Positions 32,121-41,003 of a stretch of DNA of 64,000 bases are shown in pieces. Every line of letters starts with the position of its first letter. Positions within the stretch are counted from its first letter, which is position 1. The translations under genes and the position numbers were made by a program. Source of the stretch: a virus; the IMG/VR virus record IMGVR_UViG_3300045988_131485; one strand, 5' to 3'. The notes under the pieces were generated by a model. That model saw only the letters and a list, made by a program, of their open reading frames with translations. It ran no database searches and had not been told where the DNA came from.

Positions 32121-32687
32121 ATGAAGATTCTTGTAATAGTGGATATGCAAAACGATTTCATCAATGGTGCGCTCGGAACCCCGGAGGCGCAGGCCGCTGT
32201 TGGAGATGTCGCCAAAAAGATTTCTGGCTTTGACGGAGACCTGATTTGCATTACCAAGGACACCCATCGTTCTGCCGACTACCTGAAAACCCAAGAAGGT
32301 CAGCTACTTCCTGTCGAGCACTGCATTGAGGGGACTCACGGCTGGCGGCTCGACGATATCATTGCCACGGCTGTTAGCCATGCGGCTATCGACGCGGAGA
32401 AAAGCGTATCCGTATTCCAGAAAGGTACGTTTGGCTCTGTGGAGTTGGGCGATTACCTGGTAGAGCTTTCCGCCAGAAGGAAGCAGCGCATTGAAGAGAT
32501 CGTTTTCGTTGGACTCTGCACCGACATCTGCGTTATCTCTAACGCACTGCTCGTCAAAGCGTTTCTACCTGAGACGAAAATCACCGTTGACGCTGCCTGC
32601 TGTGCCGGCGTTACCCCGGCAAGCCACAAAAATGCTCTGGCTGCTATGAAAGCGTGCCAGATCAATGTGGAGAACTGGGAGGTCTGA
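32121..32687 (+). CDS. isochorismatase-family hydrolase (nicotinamidase PncA-like)
   Basis: KILVIVDMQNDFINGALG...; conserved Cys in VGLCTDICV. Confidence 0.8.
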   Translation: MKILVIVDMQNDFINGALGTPEAQAAVGDVAKKISGFDGDLICITKDTHRSADYLKTQEGQLLPVEHCIEGTHGWRLDDIIATAVSHAAIDAEKSVSVFQKGTFGSVELGDYLVELSARRKQRIEEIVFVGLCTDICVISNALLVKAFLPETKITVDAACCAGVTPASHKNALAAMKACQINVENWEV

Positions 32688-32688
32688 A

Positions 32689-33501
32689 ATGATTTTTGTT
32701 GACGATAGAAGGATTGACTTCACCAGTTTCCCCGACGGTACATCTTCGATCCGTATTGCTCCCAAGCTGGATTTCACATTTTTCGCCATGGGTAAATCCG
32801 CTTACTTCATCCGGTGGATGTACGACAATGATGCCGAGTGTATGCAACTCTGGTATTTGGTGAAGCACCTCAAGAGCGCCGGCAACCCGCTCCTCTATCT
32901 GGAGATGCCGTATATCCCCAACGCCCGTATGGACAGGGTGAAGAACCGCGACGAGGTATTCACGCTCAAGTGGTTCGCCGAGTTTATCAATTCGCTCGGG
33001 TTCGAGTCTGTCAAAGTTCTCGACCCCCACTCTAATGTGGCTATGGCGCTGATTAACCGGGCTGAGACCATGGATGTGAAGCACTACATCGACTATGCAA
33101 TCCAGTGGATGGTCAGTCAGGGTATGAATCCTCTGCTGTGTTACCCGGATGAAGGTGCCGCCAAACGATACTCTGAGCTTCTTCCTATGGAGTATGTTTT
33201 TTGCATTAAACATCGTGACTGGCGCACCGGCAAGATTGAGCGGCTGGAGCTGACAGAGCCTGAGAAAGTCAACGGCAGAAATATTCTGATTGTGGACGAT
33301 ATCTGCTCTCGCGGTGGGACATTCACCCATACTGCCAAAGCTCTGAAAGAGGCCGGCGCGGAGGAAGTTATGCTCTATGTTACCCACTGTGAGAACACGA
33401 TCCTGAAAGGCACTGTGTTGACAGATGGTCTTATCTCTCGTGTATTCGCCACTGATAGCATCCTCCGTATTGATCACGAGAAGATTTCCATTTGCAGATG
33501 A
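32689..33501 (+). CDS. ribose-phosphate pyrophosphokinase-like enzyme (candidate ADPR-pyrophosphate synthetase of NARP1)
   Basis: FPDGTSSIRI, MPYIPNARMDR, YPDEGAAKRY, ILIVDDICSRGGTF (PRPP-synthetase motifs); directly upstream of the NAMPT-like gene. Confidence 0.75.
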   Translation: MIFVDDRRIDFTSFPDGTSSIRIAPKLDFTFFAMGKSAYFIRWMYDNDAECMQLWYLVKHLKSAGNPLLYLEMPYIPNARMDRVKNRDEVFTLKWFAEFINSLGFESVKVLDPHSNVAMALINRAETMDVKHYIDYAIQWMVSQGMNPLLCYPDEGAAKRYSELLPMEYVFCIKHRDWRTGKIERLELTEPEKVNGRNILIVDDICSRGGTFTHTAKALKEAGAEEVMLYVTHCENTILKGTVLTDGLISRVFATDSILRIDHEKISICR

Positions 33502-33522
33502 TTATGAAAAGAGGGTAAAACA

Positions 33523-35016
33523 ATGATTTCATACAGTCCTTTGCTCTGTTTGGACTTCTACAAGACTGCCCATGCAGAGCAGTACCCCGCAGCACTGACC
33601 AAGATGGTGTCTTATTACACCCCGCGCATGACACGGCTGGCTGATACCAAGAAGGTCACAATGTTCGGTCTTCAGGCATTTATCCAGGAGTATTTGATTG
33701 AGGCGTTCAATACTCACTTCTTTGATCGCTCATTGGATGAGGTGCTTGCCGAATACAAGCGGGTGCTGAATAACACCATCGGCACGGACGGCGTTGGTGT
33801 GGAGCGTTTGACGGCGCTTCATAAGTTGGGGTATCTGCCTCTGGAAATCCGGGCCGTGCCGGAAGGAACCCGTACCAGTATTCATGTTCCGCAAATTGAG
33901 ATCTCGAATACCAACCCCAACTTTGTGTGGTTGGTCAACTCTATCGAAACAATGCTGTCATGTACCATGTGGCATACTCAGATTTCAGCGGAAGTTGGAT
34001 ATCGTTACCGGCAGATCGTCAATAAGTACGCTGCCCTTACCTGTGACGATGATGTGGTACGGGCCAAGCTGCTGGGCGACTTTTCCATGCGTGGTCAGGA
34101 AAGCGTGGAGAGCGCCACCAAGAGTTCTGCTGCGTTCTGCCTGAGCTTCCTTAATACCGCTACAGTGCCGGCTATTCTTTGGCTGGAACACAACTACGCC
34201 TGCCGGGTGGAGAATGACGCAGTAGCTTATGGTGCTCTTTCTACTGAGCACAGTGTTATGTGCTCCAACTATGCGGTTGACGGCGATGAGATTACGCACG
34301 TGCGGCGTCTGCTGAAAGAAATCTATCCGTACCAAAACTTCTCTATGGTCAGTGACAGCTATGACTATTGGAACCTGGTCAATAATATTCTCCCCGCAAT
34401 TAAAGAGGATGTGATGGAGCACCATGGATGTCTTGCTATTCGCGGCGACAGCGGCAACCCCGTGGAGATTGTAACCGAGACGGTGTTCAAACTGTGGGAA
34501 ATTTTTGGTGGTACCGTGAATAGCAAGGGTTACAAAGTTCTTGATCCACACGTCAAGGCATTGTATGGCGATAGCATTACCCCGCAGCGGTGCGAGGCAG
34601 TGTATAAGATCCTGATGGAGCATGGCTTCGCTATCAACAATGTTTCTCTGGGTGTCGGTTCTTTCTCTATGCAGTGTCTGGAGACGATGGACGGCGGTGA
34701 AAAGACTTATGCGCCGTATACCCGTGATACATTTGGTATCGCAGTCAAAGCGACCTATGCAGAAGATGCTGACGGAAAGCCCATCATGATTTTTAAGAAC
34801 CCCAAGACAGATAGCGGACATTTCAAGAAGTCTCAGCGCGGCTGCTGTAAGGTTGTATATGACTATACGTACCACAACTTCTTCTGTCAGGACGGTTTGA
34901 CTTGGGAGGTGTCGCAGGCTGGGAACTGGCTTCAGCCAGTTTTCAAGGATGGAAAGCTCCTGAGAATTTATACCCTGGATGAGGTTCGCAAGAATCTTCA
35001 TGAGGGAAACTTTTGA
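33523..35016 (+). CDS. nicotinamide phosphoribosyltransferase-family enzyme (candidate Namat of NARP1)
   Basis: LCLDFYKTAHAEQYP N-terminus and about 500 aa length are typical of the NAMPT/NadV family. Confidence 0.8.
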   Translation: MISYSPLLCLDFYKTAHAEQYPAALTKMVSYYTPRMTRLADTKKVTMFGLQAFIQEYLIEAFNTHFFDRSLDEVLAEYKRVLNNTIGTDGVGVERLTALHKLGYLPLEIRAVPEGTRTSIHVPQIEISNTNPNFVWLVNSIETMLSCTMWHTQISAEVGYRYRQIVNKYAALTCDDDVVRAKLLGDFSMRGQESVESATKSSAAFCLSFLNTATVPAILWLEHNYACRVENDAVAYGALSTEHSVMCSNYAVDGDEITHVRRLLKEIYPYQNFSMVSDSYDYWNLVNNILPAIKEDVMEHHGCLAIRGDSGNPVEIVTETVFKLWEIFGGTVNSKGYKVLDPHVKALYGDSITPQRCEAVYKILMEHGFAINNVSLGVGSFSMQCLETMDGGEKTYAPYTRDTFGIAVKATYAEDADGKPIMIFKNPKTDSGHFKKSQRGCCKVVYDYTYHNFFCQDGLTWEVSQAGNWLQPVFKDGKLLRIYTLDEVRKNLHEGNF

Positions 35017-35032
35017 GAAAAGAGGTGCCACA

Positions 35033-35776
35033 ATGTTAGCTAACCCAAAGCGTACTAAGGATGAGATTGTCCAGTGGATTCGTTCCTACTTTGAAAGTAA
35101 CGGCCCTGGCTGCGATGCGGTGGTCGGTATTTCTGGTGGTAAAGATTCCAGCGTTGTCGCCGCTCTTTGCGTAGAGGCACTGGGCAAAGAGCGTGTAGTG
35201 GGTGTTATGATGCCGAATGGAGAACAGCCCGATCTGGACGATAGCAAGCAGCTGATCGAATTTCTGGGTATCAGATACGCCTATACCGATATCTCCAAAG
35301 CAGTGTCTGCGGTAAGTGATCAAGTAGCGCTCAATATGAACGTCAGCGATCAGACGAGGATAAACCTCCCTCCCCGTATCCGTATGGCGACCCTCTATGC
35401 TATTTCTCAGTCGTTGCCTCACGGCGGACGTGTTGCTAATACCTGCAACCGCTCTGAAGACTATGTGGGATACTCTACCAAGTTTGGCGATAGCGCCGGC
35501 GATTTTAGCCCGCTCGCTAATCTGATGGTGCATGAAGTCATCCAGATTGGGTACGAGCTTCTTCTGCCTATCAACCTGATAAGCAAGACCCCTTCCGATG
35601 GGCTGTGTGGAAAAACTGATGAGGATAATCTTGGATTTACCTATGCTCACCTGGATGCTTACATCATGTATGGCACCAGTGGAATTGAGGAAATCGACAA
35701 GAAGATTGCCTCTATGCACGATCACAACCTTCACAAGCTCAATTCTATGCCTGCCTACGGAACGACAATTTTTTAA
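35033..35776 (+). CDS. nadE: NH3-dependent NAD+ synthetase
   Basis: VVGISGGKDSSVVAAL PP-loop; ATG 35033 after AGAGGTG (the ORF track starts at 34979, inside the previous gene). Confidence 0.85.
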   Translation: MLANPKRTKDEIVQWIRSYFESNGPGCDAVVGISGGKDSSVVAALCVEALGKERVVGVMMPNGEQPDLDDSKQLIEFLGIRYAYTDISKAVSAVSDQVALNMNVSDQTRINLPPRIRMATLYAISQSLPHGGRVANTCNRSEDYVGYSTKFGDSAGDFSPLANLMVHEVIQIGYELLLPINLISKTPSDGLCGKTDEDNLGFTYAHLDAYIMYGTSGIEEIDKKIASMHDHNLHKLNSMPAYGTTIF

Positions 35777-35790
35777 TAGGCGGTGAGAAA

Positions 35791-36396
35791 ATGGAAGAGC
35801 GTACTTATTTGAGCGGCACCAGTTTGGCCGGTATGTCCCCTACCCGCTCTCGTGTGGAGAACGACTACTATGCTACTCCGTTCGAGGCGACAGAAGCCAT
35901 CCTTAGCCGAGAAGAGCTGCACGGCTCCATTTTGGAGCCTGCGGCTGGTGAAGGGCATATCAGTAAGGTGCTTCGGGAACATTATCCCAACAGTCAAATT
36001 ATCTCTACTGATATGGTTCAGAGAGATGATAGGTTCGGATGTGGTATTGTTGGCGGGGTGGATTTCCTCACTGAGAACTATCCCGAAAAATTCAACAACG
36101 TCATCACGAACCCTCCGTTCTCTTTGGCGAAAGAGTTCGCTGAGAAAGCTCTGGAGGTATCCACTGGCAAGGTGATCCTGTTCGCCAAGATCCAGTTTCT
36201 CGAAGGACGGCAACGTAAGGATTTCTTTGCCACCCACCCTCCGAAAGCCGTGTATGTATTTTCAAAACGTGTCAATCCTTTGAGAAACGGATTGGAAGTT
36301 GACGAAAATGGTAAGCCCTGGTCAAGTACCATGTGCTTCGCTTGGTTCGTATGGGAACATGGCTATACCGGCGAACCTTGCATTCGTTGGATTTAA
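35791..36396 (+). CDS. DNA N6-adenine methyltransferase (small phage type)
   Basis: DYYATP, EPAAGEGHI, VITNPPFS. Confidence 0.8.
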   Translation: MEERTYLSGTSLAGMSPTRSRVENDYYATPFEATEAILSREELHGSILEPAAGEGHISKVLREHYPNSQIISTDMVQRDDRFGCGIVGGVDFLTENYPEKFNNVITNPPFSLAKEFAEKALEVSTGKVILFAKIQFLEGRQRKDFFATHPPKAVYVFSKRVNPLRNGLEVDENGKPWSSTMCFAWFVWEHGYTGEPCIRWI

Positions 36397-36397
36397 T

Positions 36398-36416
36398 TTG
36401 CAACAAAGTAAATCAA
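36398..36416 (+). repeat. leader motif copy
   Basis: TTGCAACAAAGTAAATCAA, then GAGG. Confidence 0.5.
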
Positions 36417-36427
36417 GAGGTGCAGCT

Positions 36428-36954
36428 ATGAAGATGGATAAGGTTGCCGGCAGTGGCAACGACGAGTTCTATACACCGGAGTATGCGATTGCCCCGTTGT
36501 ACAAGTATCTTCCACCCCCCCCGTGACAATTTGGTGTCCGTTTGACACTGAGGATAGTCTGTTTGTAAAGCTCTTTCGGCAACGCGGCTATACCGTTATC
36601 GCAACACATATTGCAAACGGTCAGGATTTTTTCGCTATTGACCCACCGAAGTGTGACTACATCATCAGTAATCCTCCGTATTCCCTCAAAGGCGAAGTGT
36701 TTGAGCGACTATTCCAGTTGAATATACCCTTTGCTATGTTGGTAGGGGTCGTCGGACTTTTCGAGAGTCAGAAACGCTTTAAGATGTTCCGTGAGCATGA
36801 TTTTGAAATCATGTATCTCAATCGGCGTGTATCTTACTTTAAGAACTACGCCGACCAAAAGCCGTCTCTAAACCCGCCTTTCAGTAGTGTCTATGTATGC
36901 AAAGGAATGTTACCAAAGCAGATTATCTTTGAAGAAATTCAAAAAACCTCATAA
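36428..36954 (+). CDS. second DNA N6-adenine methyltransferase, frame broken at a C8 run
   Basis: MKMDKVAGSGNDEFYTPEYAIAPLYKYLPPPP then stop. The -1 frame continues TIWCPFDTEDS...IISNPPYS. One extra C in 36515-36522 joins them. Confidence 0.75.
36515..36522 (+). repeat. C8 homopolymer at the methyltransferase frame break
   Basis: ccaCCCCCCCCgtg. Confidence 0.9.
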
Positions 36955-36973
36955 TAGCAACAAAGAAAATTAT
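36955..36973 (+). repeat. leader motif copy
   Basis: TAGCAACAAAGAAAATTAT. Confidence 0.5.
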
Positions 36974-37001
36974 TGACTTTATGGAGACAGTATGATAGAA
37001 T
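36973..37001 (+). promoter_or_regulatory. sigma-A-type promoter
   Basis: TTGACT - 17 nt - TAGAAT with TG at the extended -10 position; lies between two leader-motif copies. Confidence 0.65.
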
Positions 37002-37044
37002 AAAAGCAGTTCGAGGGAGATTGTAAATCCCTCAACCTTCCGTT

Positions 37045-37063
37045 TAGCAACAAAGAAAACCAA
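37045..37063 (+). repeat. leader motif copy
   Basis: TAGCAACAAAGAAAACCAA, then caAAGGAGG. Confidence 0.5.
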
Positions 37064-37079
37064 CAAAGGAGGAACTAAT

Positions 37080-37957
37080 TTGGATTACCAAACTGCCCTT
37101 TTCTGCGAGTTCGATCGTTACGCCGCAGAAAGCTATTGCGCCGTTCATGGTGTTGATCCCACCCTTAACATCGGAGATATTACCAAAGCCGATGAGAAGG
37201 CTGTGCCGGATTTCAATGTCATGTTCGGTGGAAGTCCGTGTCAGGATTTCAGCATAGCAGGCAAACAGGGGGGGGCTGCATGGACTTGTAAGCATTGCGG
37301 CCACGTATATAATCCCCTGGAAGCTCACTATGATCAACGCGACCATTGCCCTAAGTGCGGATCAACTGAAATCGAGAAGACTCGCTCTTCCTTACTGGTC
37401 GAATGGCTGCGTTTCCTAAGAGAAAAGAAGCCTCGCTTCGCTATCTACGAGAACGTTAAAAATATTACCGGTTCTCGCTTCTATGCCACTTTTAACCTCT
37501 TTGTCAAAGAGCTGGAAGACTACGGTTACAACGTCTACTGGCAGGTTCTGAATGCAAAACACTACGGAATCCCCCAGAATCGTGAGCGTGTTTACTGTGT
37601 CATCATTCGTAAGGATTTAGATAATGGGAAGTTTAAGTTCCCGTCTCCTATCCCTTTGAAAAAAGCGCTGGTAGATATGCTGGAGGATAAGGTTGACGAG
37701 CGATACTACCTGCCTGATGACAAGGTAGCTGCCATGATAACCCCCCCCGTTCAGACAAATCAGTAACACCGTCCGCACCAGCGGAAGAGGTTCCACAGAC
37801 CACCACTGCTGGGACTTGCTCACTTGCCGGTGTGAAGCTGAGTAAGAAAGGCACCCAGTTTGAAGGATACTGTGAGACGGCCTTGACTTTGCTGGCCCGT
37901 GACTATAAGGGCTTTGGAAATCAGCAAATGACAGGAGTTATGGAGCATAATGAGTAA
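37080..37957 (+). CDS. C5-cytosine DNA methyltransferase, part A (motifs IV-VIII, lacks motif I), frame broken at a C8 run
   Basis: TTG start 8 nt after AAAGGAGGAA; GGSPCQDFSIAG, YENV, QNRERV. After 37741-37748 the -1 frame continues ...ETALTLLARDYKGFGNQQMTGV to the stop at 37957. Confidence 0.8.
37741..37748 (+). repeat. C8 homopolymer at a C5-methyltransferase frame break
   Basis: ataaCCCCCCCCgtt. Confidence 0.9.
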
Positions 37958-38869
37958 GCGATATATTATCCCCGCTGCAATTCGTGGAAGATATGCGGGG
38001 GGGGTAAGATAATACAGCGTTTGGAAGTTCGCCCTAATATGTGTACCAACACTTTGACGGGTGTTCAAAAAGACAATGTATTGATTGAGATAGATGAAAG
38101 CGAGGAAGCTAATGTGAAAATCGTATGTGAGCGTCGATGCGATGAAGGTGTGCGTTTTTTCAAAGATAATGTCTGCGGCACTATTCGCACCATTGATGGG
38201 GGGGGGGACAAGAGAGTGATTGAAAGAAGTCCTACGTCAGAAGATAAAATCACAATGATTGGCGGCTTACAAAAGCACCAGACTCCAAGAAACGATGGTA
38301 TTTGCCCATGCATAAATAGTGCCGCTGGTATGGGCGGCGGACAAACACCTATCGCAATACGCCCGAGTTTTCGTGTCCGTAAACTTACGCAAAAAGAGTG
38401 TTGGCGTTTAATGGGTTTCCAAGATCAGGACTTTGAACGTGCCAAATCCGCCATGAACGAAAATATCTATGGTGGAGCAGATAGGAGCGGGTCACAGCTT
38501 TACAAGCAGGCTGGAAACTCTATCGTGGTAGACGTTCTCTGTGCCATTTTGGATGAACTTCACAGTGCTATGCCGTATCTCTTTGAAGATATGACTGTTG
38601 GTTCTTTCTTTTCCGGTATCGGAGCATTTGAAAAAGCACTGTCTACTTTTGATATTACCGATGTTAGCGACAAAGTAAATTATTCTGATAAGAATGATGA
38701 ACTGAAGCAGCTCGGATATATCAATGATTACAATGGAGACGCCAATCGTGTATATGATGGCGAAACCATTGCACGTGCTTTGAAAGCCGAAGCGGGAGGG
38801 GGCGGAGCCAAGACTGGATGGTATGCTCTGAGAAGCCCGGAGGTTGACCATGGAGAAAGTCAGAATTAA
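37950..38869 (+). CDS. C5-cytosine DNA methyltransferase, part B (target-recognition region, motifs IX-X, then an out-of-order motif I), frame broken at a G8 run
   Basis: ATG 37950 overlaps the part A stop; MSKRYIIPAAIRGRYAGG, then the -1 frame gives KIIQRLEVRPNMCTNTLTGVQKDN...RKLTQKECWRLMGF...YKQAGNSIVVDV...MTVGSFFSGIGAFEKAL. Confidence 0.75.
37997..38004 (+). repeat. G8 homopolymer at a C5-methyltransferase frame break
   Basis: tgcGGGGGGGGtaa. Confidence 0.9.
38665..38683 (+). repeat. leader motif copy inside the C5-methyltransferase part B reading frame
   Basis: TAGCGACAAAGTAAATTAT, exactly where similarity to a methyltransferase N-terminus stops. Confidence 0.5.
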
Positions 38870-39065
38870 GCAGGCCACCCAAAAAGGTTATATCGAGTGT
38901 GCTGTGGGGGGGGTAGCGGATTTATCTTACCCGTCCAGTAAAACTCGAAGAGGTCGAGTCCAGGAAGGTGGTTGGATTTGTCCAACTATCACTGCAACAG
39001 AAACCGGCATTTGTCGGATAGAAAGAGGTGATTCATATGAGCATTGCGTTGAGAAACCGCCGTGA
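38844..39065 (+). pseudogene. C5-methyltransferase target-recognition-domain-like fragment
   Basis: IKQATQKGYIECAVGGVADLSYPSSKTRRGRV resembles methyltransferase TRD segments; no catalytic motifs; in-frame G8 at 38906-38913. Confidence 0.45.
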
Positions 39066-39324
39066 AGCATATGACCAGATCGAACCGAAGCGTCCTAATC
39101 GTAAGGCTATGATTTTGGATATTCTGACCAGCGGTGATCCTGGCGGTATGACTGCTGATGAGATTGGCGAGAAGCTGGTCTCTGAGGGCAAAATCCCCAC
39201 CAACAGTCCGAACTTCACACGGCCTCGTCTGACAGAGATGAAAGCCGAGGGCAAGGTTGTGATCGTCGGCAGACGTCTTGGCAAGTCTGGGTGCAATACG
39301 GCAGTCTGGAAGGTGAAGCGCTGA
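39037..39324 (+). CDS. winged-helix DNA-binding protein
   Basis: ATG 39037 after AAGAGG; AMILDILTSGDPGGMTADEIGEKL...RPRLTEMKAEGKVV. Confidence 0.6.
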   Translation: MSIALRNRREAYDQIEPKRPNRKAMILDILTSGDPGGMTADEIGEKLVSEGKIPTNSPNFTRPRLTEMKAEGKVVIVGRRLGKSGCNTAVWKVKR

Positions 39325-39584
39325 TGTATGGTGAATACACCTGTCTGGACTGTGGCAAAACCTTTGACGATCCGAAGCGATGGGAAGAACGCCATGGGTT
39401 AGATTCTCCGCCCTATGAGGATTTCAGCGGTTGTCCTTACTGTGGCGGAGCCTATGCCCGTACTATCCTTTGCGATGCCTGCGGAGAACCGATAGTCGGC
39501 GATTATGTCAAAATCCAAACAACTGGCGACTGCTATTGTGATGAATGCTTCATGATGAAATCGCTGGGCGAAGATGATCCATGA
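39324..39584 (+). CDS. zinc-ribbon protein
   Basis: Stop-start overlap TGATG; CLDCG...CPYCGG...CDACG...CYCDEC. Confidence 0.6.
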   Translation: MYGEYTCLDCGKTFDDPKRWEERHGLDSPPYEDFSGCPYCGGAYARTILCDACGEPIVGDYVKIQTTGDCYCDECFMMKSLGEDDP

Positions 39585-40378
39585 GAAGAGGTCGTGAAAT
39601 GAAAACTTCAGTCAAACGGCGTGCGAAAAACTGCATACGGGGAGCGGTTTTATTGGCCTGTTTCATTGCCGTCTGGTATGTGGCCTCGTGCTTCACCCAA
39701 CCGCTGTTTATCCCCGCCCCTGCTACCGTCTGGGAAGCAATCGTCGGGTTGGCAGAGACAGGCCAGTTGCAAAAAGGACTTGCCTACTCTTTCCTGCGGA
39801 TTACTGGTGCGTCTGCTCTTTCTATGCTGGTAGCAATTCCCCTCTCCCTTCTGATTTATGGCGTGAAGCCTATCAAGGAAACTATCATGCCGGTTGTTTC
39901 CTTCCTGCGGTATGTTCCCGTAACCGCATTTTCTCCGCTCCTGATCCTATGGTTTGGGATTGGGGAGCAGATGAAAATTTCGTTCCTATTTATTGCAACG
40001 TTTGTCTACTTGCTGCCGTCGATCCTGCTTTGCTTTAACGACGTACCGCAAGATCTGATGGATACGGGCAAGACAATCGGAATGACCAGTTGGGAGACAA
40101 TCAAAGAAATCCTGCTCCCCGCATCGCTCCCTTCAATATTCAGTACGTTCCTTATGATGTATGGCATTGGCTGGACATACTGCGCCGTGGTAGAGGCAAC
40201 CAACGCTAAGTACGGCTTGGGCTTCATCATCAATGTAAGCTCCGCCAGAGGCCGTACCGCCGTGGTGTTCGGGGCAATCATCGTAATCATGTTGTTCAGC
40301 TTCGTTTTTGACAAGCTGGGGAACTTGCTGATCCGAAAGATATTCCAGTGGAGGTACTGCGATGATCAAGTTGAATGA
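39581..40378 (+). CDS. ABC transporter permease (NitT/TauT-type)
   Basis: Six hydrophobic segments; EAA-loop-like region ...DTGKTIGMTSWETIKEILLPASLPSIFST. Confidence 0.85.
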   Translation: MRRGREMKTSVKRRAKNCIRGAVLLACFIAVWYVASCFTQPLFIPAPATVWEAIVGLAETGQLQKGLAYSFLRITGASALSMLVAIPLSLLIYGVKPIKETIMPVVSFLRYVPVTAFSPLLILWFGIGEQMKISFLFIATFVYLLPSILLCFNDVPQDLMDTGKTIGMTSWETIKEILLPASLPSIFSTFLMMYGIGWTYCAVVEATNAKYGLGFIINVSSARGRTAVVFGAIIVIMLFSFVFDKLGNLLIRKIFQWRYCDDQVE

Positions 40379-41003
40379 TCTGGCTATTGGGTACAACGGC
40401 GAAGCAATTCTGGAGCACATCGACCAGGAATTTGACGACGGTTTGATTTACGGTATTTTGGCGAAGTCTGGTGCCGGTAAGACGACTCTCCTCAAAACCA
40501 TCTCTGGCCTTCTTCACCCTGTTCATGGTGAGGTTATCATTGATGGCACTACCTATCGGAACGCCGACAAGAACCCTGTGTACATGATGCATCAGCGCTA
40601 TTCCAACTTCGGATGGCTTTCCTGCACGGAGAATGTGCTGATTGCCCAACGGGACAAAAAACTCCGTAGCCGCGATGACGCTATCAAGGTACTTGCAGCG
40701 GTTGGGTTAGAGCAGTATGCAGATAAATGGCCGTCTCAGCTATCAGGTGGTATGCAACAGCGCCTTGCGTTGGCGAGAACACTGTATGTCAAGCCGAAAT
40801 ACCTACTTATGGATGAACCGTTATCCGCTTTGGACGACAAAACCCGTAGCAAAATGCAGCGTTTGATTTTGGATGTCCATGCTGAGACAGGCAACACAAT
40901 CATTATGGTAACGCACAGCCAGGACGAGGCGTTCAAAATGTGCGATAAAATAATCAAATTTGAAACGAGAGGAGCTGTAACAAACCATGGCAGGTTTATT
41001 TGA
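40362..41003 (+). CDS. ABC transporter ATP-binding protein
   Basis: LAKSGAGKTTLL (Walker A), LSGGMQQRLALAR (signature), LLMDEPLSALD (Walker B). Confidence 0.9.
   Translation: MIKLNDLAIGYNGEAILEHIDQEFDDGLIYGILAKSGAGKTTLLKTISGLLHPVHGEVIIDGTTYRNADKNPVYMMHQRYSNFGWLSCTENVLIAQRDKKLRSRDDAIKVLAAVGLEQYADKWPSQLSGGMQQRLALARTLYVKPKYLLMDEPLSALDDKTRSKMQRLILDVHAETGNTIIMVTHSQDEAFKMCDKIIKFETRGAVTNHGRFI

Noticed and set aside
38198-38207. G10 run in the C5-methyltransferase as another frame break
   Set aside because: The reading frame is continuous across it (..TIDGGGDKRV..) with methyltransferase TRD-like sequence on both sides. It is listed only as part of the homopolymer excess.
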